Shown piece after piece: positions 29,539 through 40,200 of a DNA stretch of 64,000 nt (position 1 is its first letter; each line of letters begins with the position of its first letter). The notes under the pieces were generated by a model, which was not told where the DNA came from, did not search any database, and worked only from the letters and a program-made list of their open reading frames with translations. A program made the position numbers and the translations under genes. Source of the stretch: Spirochaetia bacterium. GTDB lineage: Bacteria > Spirochaetota > Spirochaetia > UBA9216. The stretch is from positions 3,136,001 through 3,200,000 of the forward strand of contig OY776510.1 in NCBI GenBank assembly GCA_963675665.1. The letters are read 5' to 3'.

Positions 29539-31467
29539 ATGGATAGGCGTTATATAATAATCATCGCAGCTGTATTAGTCGTTGCTGCAGCTTTAATACT
29601 GTTTTTAACATTAAGACCGGGTGACGGCGGAGAAGACGTTCAGATTGAGGGTCAGCTGACGGAAGCACAGAAAATAAGGAATAATACTCTTATTCTTGCG
29701 GAAGACTATATGCAGAAAGGCGATTACCAGCGAGCACTTGACCTGCTTGACGGGCTGCTGATCAAGGACGCGTCGGATGAAGAAGTTCGGGCCCTTCGCG
29801 ACAGGGTCCTTCAGGCCCGTGAAACAGCTTCTTCCGAAGAAAAGCTGGAAGAGAAAAAACAGCAGGATGATCTTGTTGAGACGCTTGAGGAGCTTGGAGA
29901 AAGTTTCAGCCAGAATGCTCCGGTTATAAACCTTTCCGCGCAAAAGGAAGATTCGGAGGAAGAAAAACGCAGGCTTGAAGAACAACTTGCTCAGCTCGAA
30001 GAGCAGAAGAGGCTGGCCGAAGAACGCAGAAAAGAAGAAGAAGCAAGGCTCGCCGCTCTTTCCGAGGCGGAACGTCAGAAAGCTGAAAAAGTCCGTAAAT
30101 TGATTGACGAAGGCGTCAGAAAGATGGCGGATAAAAACTACTCTGACGCAAGAACCAATTTTGATGAAGCGATAAGCCTGAGCCCGAGGGAAGCCGAGGC
30201 ATTCGCCCAGAAAGGCGAATCATATTTTCAGGAAGATAAAACAAACCAGATTAATATACGGGAAGCTGTTGAATATGCGAATAAAGCGGTTGATTATGAT
30301 AAATCGCTATGGATTCCGCATAATACTCTCGGCAAGATCTATGTTGAAACAAAGAATTATTCCGAAGCGATAAAAGAATTCAAGGAAGCTACCAGGCTGA
30401 ATCCGGATAACGCGGATATTCTGTATGAACTTGGTAAAGTACAATATCGGGCCGGGCAGTTTAATGATTCGAGAATGTCTTTTGAAGGGGTAATCCATCT
30501 GGACCCTCAGCATTACAGAGCTTATTACAATTTGGGCGCTTCATTCATAAAGCTCGGAAAGGCCGGCTCGGCCCTGGATGCCTATAAAAAAGCCGTTGCG
30601 GTAAACCCGTCCTATGATTCGGCATATTTTGCCGCCGGTAATTTATTAAATCAGGCCGGCAAACTGGGCGATGCAGAAACTTATCTAAAAAAGGCGGCAA
30701 CGCTGCAACCCTCTAATGCCAGCTATCTTGATGTACTTTCCGTAGTTCTTTATAAACAGGGTAAATATACCGATGCCGAGAAATATCTGCTGAAGTCAAT
30801 TGAAATCGAACCCGACTCTGCTGAATCAAATTATAATATGGCTCTTACACTTTATAAACTGAACAGGTATTCGGAGGCTCTAGAGTATTCCGTTAAGTCC
30901 ATACAGCTTGACAATTCAAATGCTCCATACCTCTATACTCTCGGACAGATCAGTGAAGCGCTTGGAGACAAAACAAATGCGGCAGCAGTATATGAGAAAG
31001 CCGTATCAATAGACAGCAGATATATCCTGCCGAGAATTAATCTCGGAAAGATTTATGATGAAACCGGAGAATATGATAAAGCGCTTGAGCATCTTGCAAC
31101 AGCCTACAAAATGGAGCCTGAATCACTGGAAGTTAATAATAACCTGGGAAATGTTTATCTTCATACGGAGTTGTATGAAGACAGTATACGACATTACAAA
31201 AAGGCAATTGAAAAGAAACCGAACGCAACATTAATTCGCTATCACCTTGCAATTGCGTATATTGAAACCAGGCAGGAGAGCCTTGCCATAAAAACACTTG
31301 ATGAATTAATCAAGATTGACCCTAATTACTGGGACGCGTATTACAGGCTTGGAAATCTTATGTATAAATCCGGTGATGAGGAAGGGGCTTCAGCAGTTTT
31401 CAAGGCCCTTCTTGATAAAAAACCCGATTATAAAAATCGTGCCGAGATTGAAGCCCTGATAATGTAA
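29539..31467 (+). CDS. Membrane-anchored coiled-coil / multi-TPR protein
   Basis: N-terminal TM; E/K/R-rich coiled coil; more than 10 TPR repeats (NTLG, YELG, YNLG, NNLG); SD AGAGGA. Confidence 0.85.
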   Translation: MDRRYIIIIAAVLVVAAALILFLTLRPGDGGEDVQIEGQLTEAQKIRNNTLILAEDYMQKGDYQRALDLLDGLLIKDASDEEVRALRDRVLQARETASSEEKLEEKKQQDDLVETLEELGESFSQNAPVINLSAQKEDSEEEKRRLEEQLAQLEEQKRLAEERRKEEEARLAALSEAERQKAEKVRKLIDEGVRKMADKNYSDARTNFDEAISLSPREAEAFAQKGESYFQEDKTNQINIREAVEYANKAVDYDKSLWIPHNTLGKIYVETKNYSEAIKEFKEATRLNPDNADILYELGKVQYRAGQFNDSRMSFEGVIHLDPQHYRAYYNLGASFIKLGKAGSALDAYKKAVAVNPSYDSAYFAAGNLLNQAGKLGDAETYLKKAATLQPSNASYLDVLSVVLYKQGKYTDAEKYLLKSIEIEPDSAESNYNMALTLYKLNRYSEALEYSVKSIQLDNSNAPYLYTLGQISEALGDKTNAAAVYEKAVSIDSRYILPRINLGKIYDETGEYDKALEHLATAYKMEPESLEVNNNLGNVYLHTELYEDSIRHYKKAIEKKPNATLIRYHLAIAYIETRQESLAIKTLDELIKIDPNYWDAYYRLGNLMYKSGDEEGASAVFKALLDKKPDYKNRAEIEALIM

Positions 31468-31479
31468 TCTGTGCCGGGC

Positions 31480-33291
31480 TCAGAATGTCCGGCCGAACAT
31501 CCTGAATAGCTGCTCGCGCGTGATTTGCTGTATAACCGGCCTTCCGTGCGGGCATCTTGGATTTTCAAGTTTAAGAACAGCACCGGCCAGTTCCAGCGCC
31601 GTTATACTGCTGATACTGTCTCCGTCCCTGATAGCGGACCGGCATGACATCATGGCGTAGAGTTCCTTTTTAAGTTCAGATATGTTTTTTATCCCTCTGC
31701 TGAAAAAGGCGGTTAACTCATCTTCCATACCGCTGCAGATGGACGGCATGGAATTGAGCATCCATTCCCCGTCATCGGCCTGCTGAAGATCAAAACCCAT
31801 TTGTTTAAATTGTTCAATCGAATTCAGCAGAAAATGCTCCCTGGCTGATTCTACACAGAAAATGACGGGGACAAGGAGTTCCTGAACTTGTGGTTTTTCT
31901 TCGCTCAGCCTGTCGAAAATAATGCGCTCATGAGCGGCATGCTGATCTATCAGCAGGAGAGTATCACCGTGTTCGAAAAGTAAAAAAAGATTGAAAAGCT
32001 GACCGAGGTAAACAAGCGGAGCTCCCGGCGCTGCAGGATGAGGGCTCCGTGAAGGTTCGGTTATATTCCCTTTCTTTATAACCGGAGCGGCTTCGGCTGC
32101 AATTTCAGAGGAAATTTCAGAGGAAATTTCCTCAAGAGTCTGCTTGCGGAAGATGCTGTCTTTTGCAGGAGAAGAAGGAAATGCTGCAGATGTAACTGCA
32201 GCTGCAGGTCTGCCGATATCGAGGCTTTTTTGTTTTTCAGAATAAAACTGTTTACCGGTCAGGGGCGCGGAAACCCGGAATGAATTACGTTTGCCGAGAT
32301 ATGAGCCCAAAGTATCGGTAACAATATGATGAATTTCCGGCAGATTTCTGAATTTTACTTCTCGTTTGGCCGGATGAATATTAAAATCGACGTGTTCAGG
32401 AGGAATATCAATAAATAAGAAACAGACAGGATGACACCCCCCGGGAAGGAATGATGAATAGGCATAATCAACAGCCTGTACAAGGGCAAAATCGCTGATT
32501 CTGCGGTTATTTATAAATATCTGAATATACTTTCTGTCTTTCCGGTAGAGAGAAGGAGTGCCTGCAGCTGCAGTTATTGAGATTCCGTCAGTTTCAGCAG
32601 AGAAAGTATCAATAAAATTCTGATGAAACAGTCCTGCGAAGGCTGAGACTATCCTGGTTTTAAGATCTGAGGCCGGCAAAAAAAGTTTAAGCTTGTCTTC
32701 GGCGAAGTATCTGAACCCTGTTTCAAGCTGTGGAAGAGCTTTCTCTATAAAAGTTGACCTGCAAAGTGCGGATTCGGCAGAAGGACTTTTTAGAAAATTT
32801 CTGCGGCCCGGCATGGAATAAAAAAGGTCACGAGCGCTTATCAGAGTTCCTTGTGGGCCCCGAAAGGGAGAAAGATCGCGCAGTTTACCGTCCTGTATTT
32901 CCAGTTTAAAGGCTGAGCCGTCGTCTGAGACAGAACTGGTTATGCTGAGTCTCGAACAAGCTGCAATACTTGAAAGAGCTTCACCCCTGAAGCCCAGGCT
33001 TTTGGTACTGTAAATATCTTCAAAATCAGTAATTTTACTTGTGGCATGAGGAAGAAAACATTTTTGAAGATTCTCCTCATCCATTCCGCTGCCGTTGTCG
33101 ACTACACGGATTTCTTCAATACCTCCGCCGTGGATATACAGATTAATCTCGCTCGAACCGGCGTCGATTGAATTATCAAGAAGTTCCCGGACAACCGCCT
33201 GTGGACGATCAATAACTTCTCCGGCGGCTATTCTTCTTGCAACGGAGTCCCGGAGAATATTAATTCTCCGGGAATTATAAATGTCTGTCAT
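31480..33291 (-). CDS. mutL: DNA mismatch repair endonuclease MutL
   Basis: IAAGEVI.RP..VVREL.DNSIDAG, DNGSGM, HATSK, GFRGEAL, NIHPAKREV, DQHAAHER and CPHGRP motifs. Confidence 0.97.
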   Translation of the reverse strand: MTDIYNSRRINILRDSVARRIAAGEVIDRPQAVVRELLDNSIDAGSSEINLYIHGGGIEEIRVVDNGSGMDEENLQKCFLPHATSKITDFEDIYSTKSLGFRGEALSSIAACSRLSITSSVSDDGSAFKLEIQDGKLRDLSPFRGPQGTLISARDLFYSMPGRRNFLKSPSAESALCRSTFIEKALPQLETGFRYFAEDKLKLFLPASDLKTRIVSAFAGLFHQNFIDTFSAETDGISITAAAGTPSLYRKDRKYIQIFINNRRISDFALVQAVDYAYSSFLPGGCHPVCFLFIDIPPEHVDFNIHPAKREVKFRNLPEIHHIVTDTLGSYLGKRNSFRVSAPLTGKQFYSEKQKSLDIGRPAAAVTSAAFPSSPAKDSIFRKQTLEEISSEISSEIAAEAAPVIKKGNITEPSRSPHPAAPGAPLVYLGQLFNLFLLFEHGDTLLLIDQHAAHERIIFDRLSEEKPQVQELLVPVIFCVESAREHFLLNSIEQFKQMGFDLQQADDGEWMLNSMPSICSGMEDELTAFFSRGIKNISELKKELYAMMSCRSAIRDGDSISSITALELAGAVLKLENPRCPHGRPVIQQITREQLFRMFGRTF

Positions 33292-33298
33292 ATCTGAA

Positions 33299-34705
33299 CT
33301 AAAAATGGATTCTCATGTCAATCGACATGGCAAAATACGGGTTGTCAAGAACATGGGTAATTTCATCCATTGCAAGAGCACCCGTTTCCTCATCACGCGG
33401 AAGCGCGGTTGTGAACATAAGCGCTATATCGAGAGAAGGATCGAAAGGATACACTATCTCGCCGCTGATAAGGGTGTCAGGGTTCAGGAATGTGAAAGCT
33501 TCTGTCTTGTTAACTGCATTCTTTATGGAGCTGACAAGTCTTGATCTGGTGTACGACACAGAACCGTAAATTCCGGCAACCGGTATTATATCCGGCATCA
33601 GGGCTGCAGAAAGGGTGAAATAATCGTTTTCCGAAAAATCTATTGTTCCGGAAGAACTCAGTTCCCACGGCCACAGATAACCTCCTGTAAGGGTTACCGC
33701 GTCGAAAATGTTCATTGCAAGTTCACCGTATACGCCCATCGTGATGTCCTGATATGCGGAGCCTGTCGGATCTGCTTCAAGATCCTCTATGTAGCCCGTC
33801 AGGGCATCATACTGAAGTGTTTTATTTAAAAGATAATTGTTACCGTAGAATGCAGGTGTAAATATACCCTTGCTGAGACGATATTCAAGCCTGTAGTCAA
33901 GAGAGAACAGGTTGCCGAAAATACCGGCTGATACGCCGTAATTATTAAGAGACGCAAGAAAGTCTCCGGCTGAGGGGTTGTAAAAGGTTTCGGTGTACCA
34001 TGTTGAATCTTTATAAACGGTAAGCCCGGCAAAATCCGTGAAAATAGTCATATTCAGCAGGCTTATCGGCAGGCCCAAATCGAAGGCTGCGTTCAGTATC
34101 AGCGGATCGAAAAGTTTGGGTGAATCTTCAATTTCGGAATCGGGATTAATATCGGTAATTCCTGAAAGCGCTATCTGCATTGGAAAGCTGCTGCCGAACG
34201 GAATAAAAGCAAGTCTTCCGCCGAAAATGGTCGGATCGGCTGCATTGTCGAGAACCGCTTCAAAACCGAAATTCTCAAGGAATAGCCCTGTGTTGATACC
34301 GACTTTACGGACTGCAGGAAATTCAAAGTTGTTACTGAAATTGCGCATAAGAATTCCATGACCTATAGTCATGTTGTTGAGATTGCCGAATTTCAGATAG
34401 AAATCGTCGCCGTTATCGCCCCACTGGATGTATTCAATTTTGAGAAACAGATCATTAAATATGTCAAATGCAATATCCTGGGCCGTGTCCTGATCGGTTC
34501 CGAAGGACCATTCGTTATTTTCAGCGGGTTTGTACCAGCTGGACGGTTCAAAAAGATTGTCCTGGTAAATTACCGGAAGATAAAGGCTGGCCTTGAGTTT
34601 GCCTATTTCAAATTCCGGCTTGACAACAGCCTTTGCATATGTGGTCCCGTCGATAATTATTGAACCTACCTCAAAACCGAAAATGTCGCCCAGTCCGGAA
34701 AGCAT
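33299..34705 (-). CDS. Putative outer-membrane beta-barrel domain (C-terminal part of a frameshifted FecR-barrel gene)
   Basis: Amphipathic beta-strand pattern; terminal Phe; homologous to 35736-37169; frame open upstream to ~34916 with acidic linker sequence; no signal peptide of its own. Confidence 0.65.
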   Translation of the reverse strand: MLSGLGDIFGFEVGSIIIDGTTYAKAVVKPEFEIGKLKASLYLPVIYQDNLFEPSSWYKPAENNEWSFGTDQDTAQDIAFDIFNDLFLKIEYIQWGDNGDDFYLKFGNLNNMTIGHGILMRNFSNNFEFPAVRKVGINTGLFLENFGFEAVLDNAADPTIFGGRLAFIPFGSSFPMQIALSGITDINPDSEIEDSPKLFDPLILNAAFDLGLPISLLNMTIFTDFAGLTVYKDSTWYTETFYNPSAGDFLASLNNYGVSAGIFGNLFSLDYRLEYRLSKGIFTPAFYGNNYLLNKTLQYDALTGYIEDLEADPTGSAYQDITMGVYGELAMNIFDAVTLTGGYLWPWELSSSGTIDFSENDYFTLSAALMPDIIPVAGIYGSVSYTRSRLVSSIKNAVNKTEAFTFLNPDTLISGEIVYPFDPSLDIALMFTTALPRDEETGALAMDEITHVLDNPYFAMSIDMRIHF

Positions 34706-35721
34706 ATTTTCGAGAGGTCCGGATTTGGAATCTTTTTCTTCAGCATCTGCATCAGTATCGGCAGCTGCCGACGCGTCCGGAATTTTGCCTGCTGTAATTG
34801 CAGAAGCGGCAGAGCCGGTCCTGGACGCCCTGGGCGGGGATTTGGGTTTGTCTGTTTCCGTATCATCAGCGGCAGCAGCGTCGGCTGTTCCGTCTGAAGC
34901 TTTGTATCTGCAGTTTCATCATCAGCAGTACCATCGTCGGTCGCTTCATCATCAGCCGTATCGTCAGTAGTCTCTTCTACGGCCTCATCGTCACCGGTAT
35001 CTCCATCGTCTGAACCGTCATCAGCAGTTTCGTCCGTTCCGGTATCAAGCGCGGAAGAGGTATGCCCGGGAACCTGCCCCGGGTCGGTTCCGTTAAAGTC
35101 CATACCGCTGAAAATGGATGCCAGGCTTTGTGCGGATGCAGCCGTTGCAGCGAACGTATCGGCAAATACATCTGCAATCTGGCCCGAAATAACACTGATA
35201 GTGTCGCCGCTTAAAAGGCTTGAAAAAGCAACTTCGCCGTCGCGGACAGCGAGTACGCCGATAGAGTCTATGACAAAATCTGTGCCGCGGACTCCGCATA
35301 CGGCGGACTGGGTAATAATTGAATAATTTTCATATCCAAGTCCGGCCCGGGCCGCAATTACTCTGAGTTTCCCGTTGAAAAGAGAAAAATCATTGGATTC
35401 ATCGGCTGTGGTCTGAAATGCTTCAATCTGAAAGACTGAATTTTCTGAAATCTTTAGTATGGATCCGTTGGGATCAAGCTGGATTTCTGCCGAAGTATTG
35501 TAGGTTTTGATTGTGCTGCCCGGAAAAAGTTCCATGCCTATAAACACTTCGCCTATGTAATCTCCGGTGCTGTCGAAAACTTCAAGTTCGAAATCATCAT
35601 CATAATATACAAGAAATGCCGTCGGGTTTGAACTTTGCTGGGCCGTAACAGGTACGGTAAATAAAATAAGGGCGGTGAGAACAAGTCCGAAAGCTGTTAA
35701 AAATTTTGTTTTACTCTTCAT
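34666..35721 (-). CDS. FecR-domain protein (N-terminal part of a frameshifted FecR-barrel gene)
   Basis: Signal peptide; GSTIKT...AEI...GS.LKI.ENS, G.LR and T.SAVCGVRGTDF...V.DGEV FecR motifs; D/E/T-rich linker becomes out-of-frame-looking after ~34900. Confidence 0.8.
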   Translation of the reverse strand: MKSKTKFLTAFGLVLTALILFTVPVTAQQSSNPTAFLVYYDDDFELEVFDSTGDYIGEVFIGMELFPGSTIKTYNTSAEIQLDPNGSILKISENSVFQIEAFQTTADESNDFSLFNGKLRVIAARAGLGYENYSIITQSAVCGVRGTDFVIDSIGVLAVRDGEVAFSSLLSGDTISVISGQIADVFADTFAATAASAQSLASIFSGMDFNGTDPGQVPGHTSSALDTGTDETADDGSDDGDTGDDEAVEETTDDTADDEATDDGTADDETADTKLQTEQPTLLPLMIRKQTNPNPRPGRPGPALPLLQLQQAKFRTRRQLPILMQMLKKKIPNPDLSKICFPDWATFSVLR

Positions 35722-35735
35722 ATTCTATCTCCTGC

Positions 35736-37169
35736 CTAAAAAAAGTTAATAGAGCAGCTGAGGGATGAGCTTACGTCAAAATCATCCCAGGTGACTCCGA
35801 TATTGCCGTCTTCAATGTAAATCATGTCGTAAGATAAAGTGATAACGGCGGCACCGGCATTATAGTTAATAGCCAGGTTGGCCATGCTGTTTTCAGCCAA
35901 CAACAGATCAACCGGCTCGTTGATAAATCGCTTGTCATAAGACGCAGAGAAAGAGAAAGAAGGGATTAATCCGTCGTTAACAGCAAACATTGCATACAGA
36001 TGCGGGTATTCGAGAAAGTTGTGTCCTTCGGTGCTGCCTGAAGGCGGGGCTGAAAAAGGTCCGTCAACGGTGGCTGTAAAAACCAAAAGATCATCAAGAA
36101 TGGAAATACCCGTGCTTGCAAGCCAGGATATGCTGCTTTCAATATAAGGCGGATCATTTGCGTCGTAGGTATCGTTATAGATATCGTATTTAACTCCGCG
36201 GTAAAGATCATACATGTTGTCAAAATAGGCTGGTATGAAGTTATCGCCGAGAAATCTCAGCTGAAAGATGTATGGAATAATATTAAACAATCGTCCGCCG
36301 AACCCTGTCATGCCGCCTTTATTTGATCCCTGAAATGCAAGATCGCCGAAAAGCGCTAAAGTTGCAAGGTCCATGTTCAGTATCGGCAGAATGAGGTCGG
36401 AGCCCCAGACAAGAACAGGGGTAGCCGGATCTCCGTTGTTTATTGCCGTTTCATAGAAATCGGCCCGGTAGTCCGGATCAATATCGGCTGCTGCAGTGAT
36501 TCCCCACTCAAGTTCCTTGATAATCGGAACCCCGCTCCATAGAAGCGGCCTGGAATATAATCTGGCTCCGAAAACGTCGAAATGCGCCAGGTTTCCGGCA
36601 AAAGTTTCGATGCCCAGGTATGGGAAATTGAAAAGCTGGCCGTCCAGATCAAAATTCAGGCCGACAATTTTTTCATCGGGTTGAAATAAAGTATTCGAAT
36701 ACTGGCTTACAATAAAGCCGGTGCCTATTAATGCATTATCAATCTGTCCAACCTTTGCATACAGGGTATCACCTTTATTTCCCCAACGCATATATGTGAT
36801 TTTGGGCAGATATAGCTCAAGGAAGTTTGCGAAGGACCATCCTTCGGCCGGGACCCAGTCCTCTTCACGTATATCAAAACCGCTGCCGTCCGAAACAAAC
36901 CGGTAATGAAGAACAAGATCAAGACCTATGCCGAATTTGCCGATTGCAAGATCGGGTTTAAGGGCAAGAGTCTGAAAAGTTTCAGGATCTCCGCCTTCTT
37001 CTATCGGGTCGAAGGTTTCGACACCGAGCAGCAGTCCGAGTCCAAAATCAGTATTCATGCCTGATTCGGGTTCGGATTCAGTCCCGGTATTGTCCTGTGC
37101 GGTAACGGAAAAGTTCAGAACAAACATGCCGAGAAATATTAATAGAAACAATATTCTGTTTGGTCTCAT
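35736..37169 (-). CDS. Putative outer-membrane beta-barrel protein
   Basis: Signal peptide; alternating hydrophobic beta-strands; C-terminal ...SCSINFF; paralog of 33299-34705 (KP.L.IGK, KI.Y..WG..GD..Y.K.G......IG.G......SN, F.PAYF...Y). Confidence 0.7.
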   Translation of the reverse strand: MRPNRILFLLIFLGMFVLNFSVTAQDNTGTESEPESGMNTDFGLGLLLGVETFDPIEEGGDPETFQTLALKPDLAIGKFGIGLDLVLHYRFVSDGSGFDIREEDWVPAEGWSFANFLELYLPKITYMRWGNKGDTLYAKVGQIDNALIGTGFIVSQYSNTLFQPDEKIVGLNFDLDGQLFNFPYLGIETFAGNLAHFDVFGARLYSRPLLWSGVPIIKELEWGITAAADIDPDYRADFYETAINNGDPATPVLVWGSDLILPILNMDLATLALFGDLAFQGSNKGGMTGFGGRLFNIIPYIFQLRFLGDNFIPAYFDNMYDLYRGVKYDIYNDTYDANDPPYIESSISWLASTGISILDDLLVFTATVDGPFSAPPSGSTEGHNFLEYPHLYAMFAVNDGLIPSFSFSASYDKRFINEPVDLLLAENSMANLAINYNAGAAVITLSYDMIYIEDGNIGVTWDDFDVSSSLSCSINFF

Positions 37170-37227
37170 AGTAAATTCTCCTTATTGTAAAGTATATACC
37201 TTTGGTAATAATTAAACAATTTACACC

Positions 37228-40200
37228 CTAATAAATGATACTGCCGGTTAGCCCTAAACTCAAGCCGTACAGCAGGGTTTTATTTTCTGAAACGTTATTA
37301 TATTCAACTCCGAAAAGGCCGAATGCGGACAGCGTAAATATCCGGGGCAGCACAAGAGATGTTGTATGTCTGAATTCGGTACTTATCGAGGCTTCAACAT
37401 CGACAGACAGTTTTTCCTCATGAATAATAAGCTGGAAATTTTCCTCTTCTGAATCAAACAGGGGGAGATTAAACGGTGTTGCCGGGTGTTCAGTTCTTAC
37501 ATATATAAGATCTGTTTTAAATTCGGACTGCAGGTCTTCATATCCGACGGGCAGAAAAAATGAACTGTCTACTGATAAAATCTGTTCTTCGTGTCCGAAA
37601 AAAGAGCAGCCCGTGCTGAAAATGTATTTCTGTAGTATTGATTCGGAAAAGGGGTCGGCCAAAGCGGCTTCAACTGACCAGTTGAATTCATCAGAGAAGT
37701 AAAAGTCGAAAAACGAATAGACACCGGCTGCTCCGAAAAGGTTAAGGGCAGCAGACCGCCATACAAGATCAAAATCAAGACTGTCTTCGAGATCGTCGTA
37801 ATCCTTTAGTGAATTTCTTTCCAGCCCGGTACTTACCGAAAACGGTACAAGCAGATCAATAAGCCGGCTGCTGTAGTTTCTGGAAAATTCCGCGCGGATT
37901 GAGTTGTTCAGCTTGGCCTGGTCAATTTCGGCGGCAGTGCAGTCGTCGAAAACTGTTTCGGGAAGTGCGGGATCAAACAACTCACAACCTGGAATTGATG
38001 TATAAAGATAGTCCCGGCGGGAAAGCAGGTAGAACATATCGGATATATCATCCGTAAACCCGGAACTTTCCGTTGTGTGGGTAAAATCAGCTGAACGGGA
38101 AAATTCAAGCCGGGCTGAAATTGTTCCGCCTGAGGTTGATATTGATACGGGAAAGCCTGCGCTGATTTCCGCAGAATCGGTTTTTGTATTCTCGTCGTTG
38201 ATATCCGAATTTGTTTTTATTCCAAATTCAAATCCGACGGGAATTGTAAGTATTGCCGGTGAAAGTTGTATTTCTATTTTACGCTGTTCAAGCTGAAACG
38301 GGGTGAAATTAACAGCAAGGGCCGTGGCATCTGCCCATCCACTGAAATAATTGTTCCAGTCGAAAGACGAGGTGCTGTCTGAGAGCAGCATTTTATAACC
38401 GGCATCAAGGCTGAACAGGGTAGTCGACATGGTAATGTCTGAAGACCATTTGCGAAGCAGGTTTCCTTCATTATCTGCGGTTGAAAATTCTGCCGGAGTT
38501 CCGGAGAATACACCGGCATTCAGCCTGAGACTTCCGGTCTTTGAAAAGTCCCCTCCGGATGCCGACTCTGTTCTGAATGAATCGCAGAGATGCAGATAAC
38601 TGCCGACTACCGGGATATCGATTGTGTGCCCGGCGGCAAGCAGGTTAACGCCGCCGGCGTCTTTCAGGTTGCAGTCTGCTGATACTGAAGTCCCCAATAT
38701 CTCACTGCTGATTTTTGAATAGAGATTTACAACTCCGGTGTTATAATCAGCAGATGCAGACAGCGCGGCAGGACCTATAATTTCCAGATTGCCGGCAGTG
38801 AGCAGCGGCCCGGATGAACTGATTTCGATATCTCCGCCGACGCCGGCGGTAGTATGCAAAACGGGATCTGACAGCGAGACTTCATCCAGATAGAGGACCC
38901 CGCCGGAGGCATTCTCGGTTCCCGTTTCAATAAACGAAAGATCTCCCGAATCCGAGTCAAAGGTCAATTCAGCCTGTGTATTCTCAACATTATTAACAAG
39001 AACTGTTCCCGTCCCGCCGTCAGCGCCCGGTAAAAGCTCAATTTTGTTCCAGGCGGTACCGGAACCAAGCGGTATTTTCGACTTGATTCCCGAACCTTCC
39101 GAATCAACCATATTGAAAATAAGAAGAGGGGGGGCTGCTCCGGATGGTGTAAGTTCGGGACAATAGGCATGGAAAGTCACTTTGCCGTATTCCGTCGGCG
39201 GTACCGGGTAAATAACTGTGCGGATTTTCCAGTCGTCAGTCCATTCGATTCGCAGGACTTTGTTTGACTCACCCGCTGAAAGCGTATCGGCCGTAAGCGC
39301 CGCCGAGGGTGTTTCGGCGGCAGGAATCAGAGCTTCGCTTATCTCGGAAAAATCCGGTTTTACTGCGATATCAGGATCAGCATACATTACAGATCCTTCA
39401 AATGTGAAATCATCAAACATAATGCGGCCGGATGTTTCGCCGGTTCCGTTGTTTACAGCGGTTATACGAATAAACCCGGCATTTCCAAGGCGGCTGCGCG
39501 CCGCATCGCTTAAGTATAGCCTTACGGTTTTCCATCCTGTACCGGGTTTTACAAAATCTGCGGAGGAAGAAAAAAGAACCGACGCATCTGTTTTTTCGGA
39601 ATCAAGAAAACCGTTGCCGTTAAAATCTTCACTGTCCTCAATCCCGTTACTTTTTTCAAGATTATCACCGCCGATAAGTGTTCCCGATTCGGAATTCGGA
39701 TCGTTGAATATATATCCTGAAGAATAAGCGGATGTTTCAGCATCCAGGTTTCCGTCGTCGTCAAGATCTTCCGAAAGAGAGCCTGTTTCGATATAAAGAG
39801 TGATATTGCTTAAATCAGAGTCGGTTTTGCAGTCGAACGACAGCGCCCTGCTGGCGCTGAGGTCGGGGTTCTCTGAACCGTAGGCAAGAGGAATCTGTAC
39901 GCCGGCCCAACTGTTGCTTTCGGGGAGGATGTAATCCATAGCAAGGATTTCTCCGGAACGACTGTCTGTAACGGCAGAAGCAGTATAAGGGCCTGCCTTG
40001 AGCTGCCCGGAGGCTGACGAATCGGATGGCGAAAAGATCATTGATTCATCAATCTCGGCAGTATAATCCTGAAGATAATAGGAGCCGAAACTGGTCGGGA
40101 CACGATAATCCTTGTAAAGAAGAAGCCCTCTATCCTCCGGGGCAAGGCCGATATTTTCCGAAGCGGAAGCAGGGAAAACGGTATTTCTGTTAAGAGGAAC

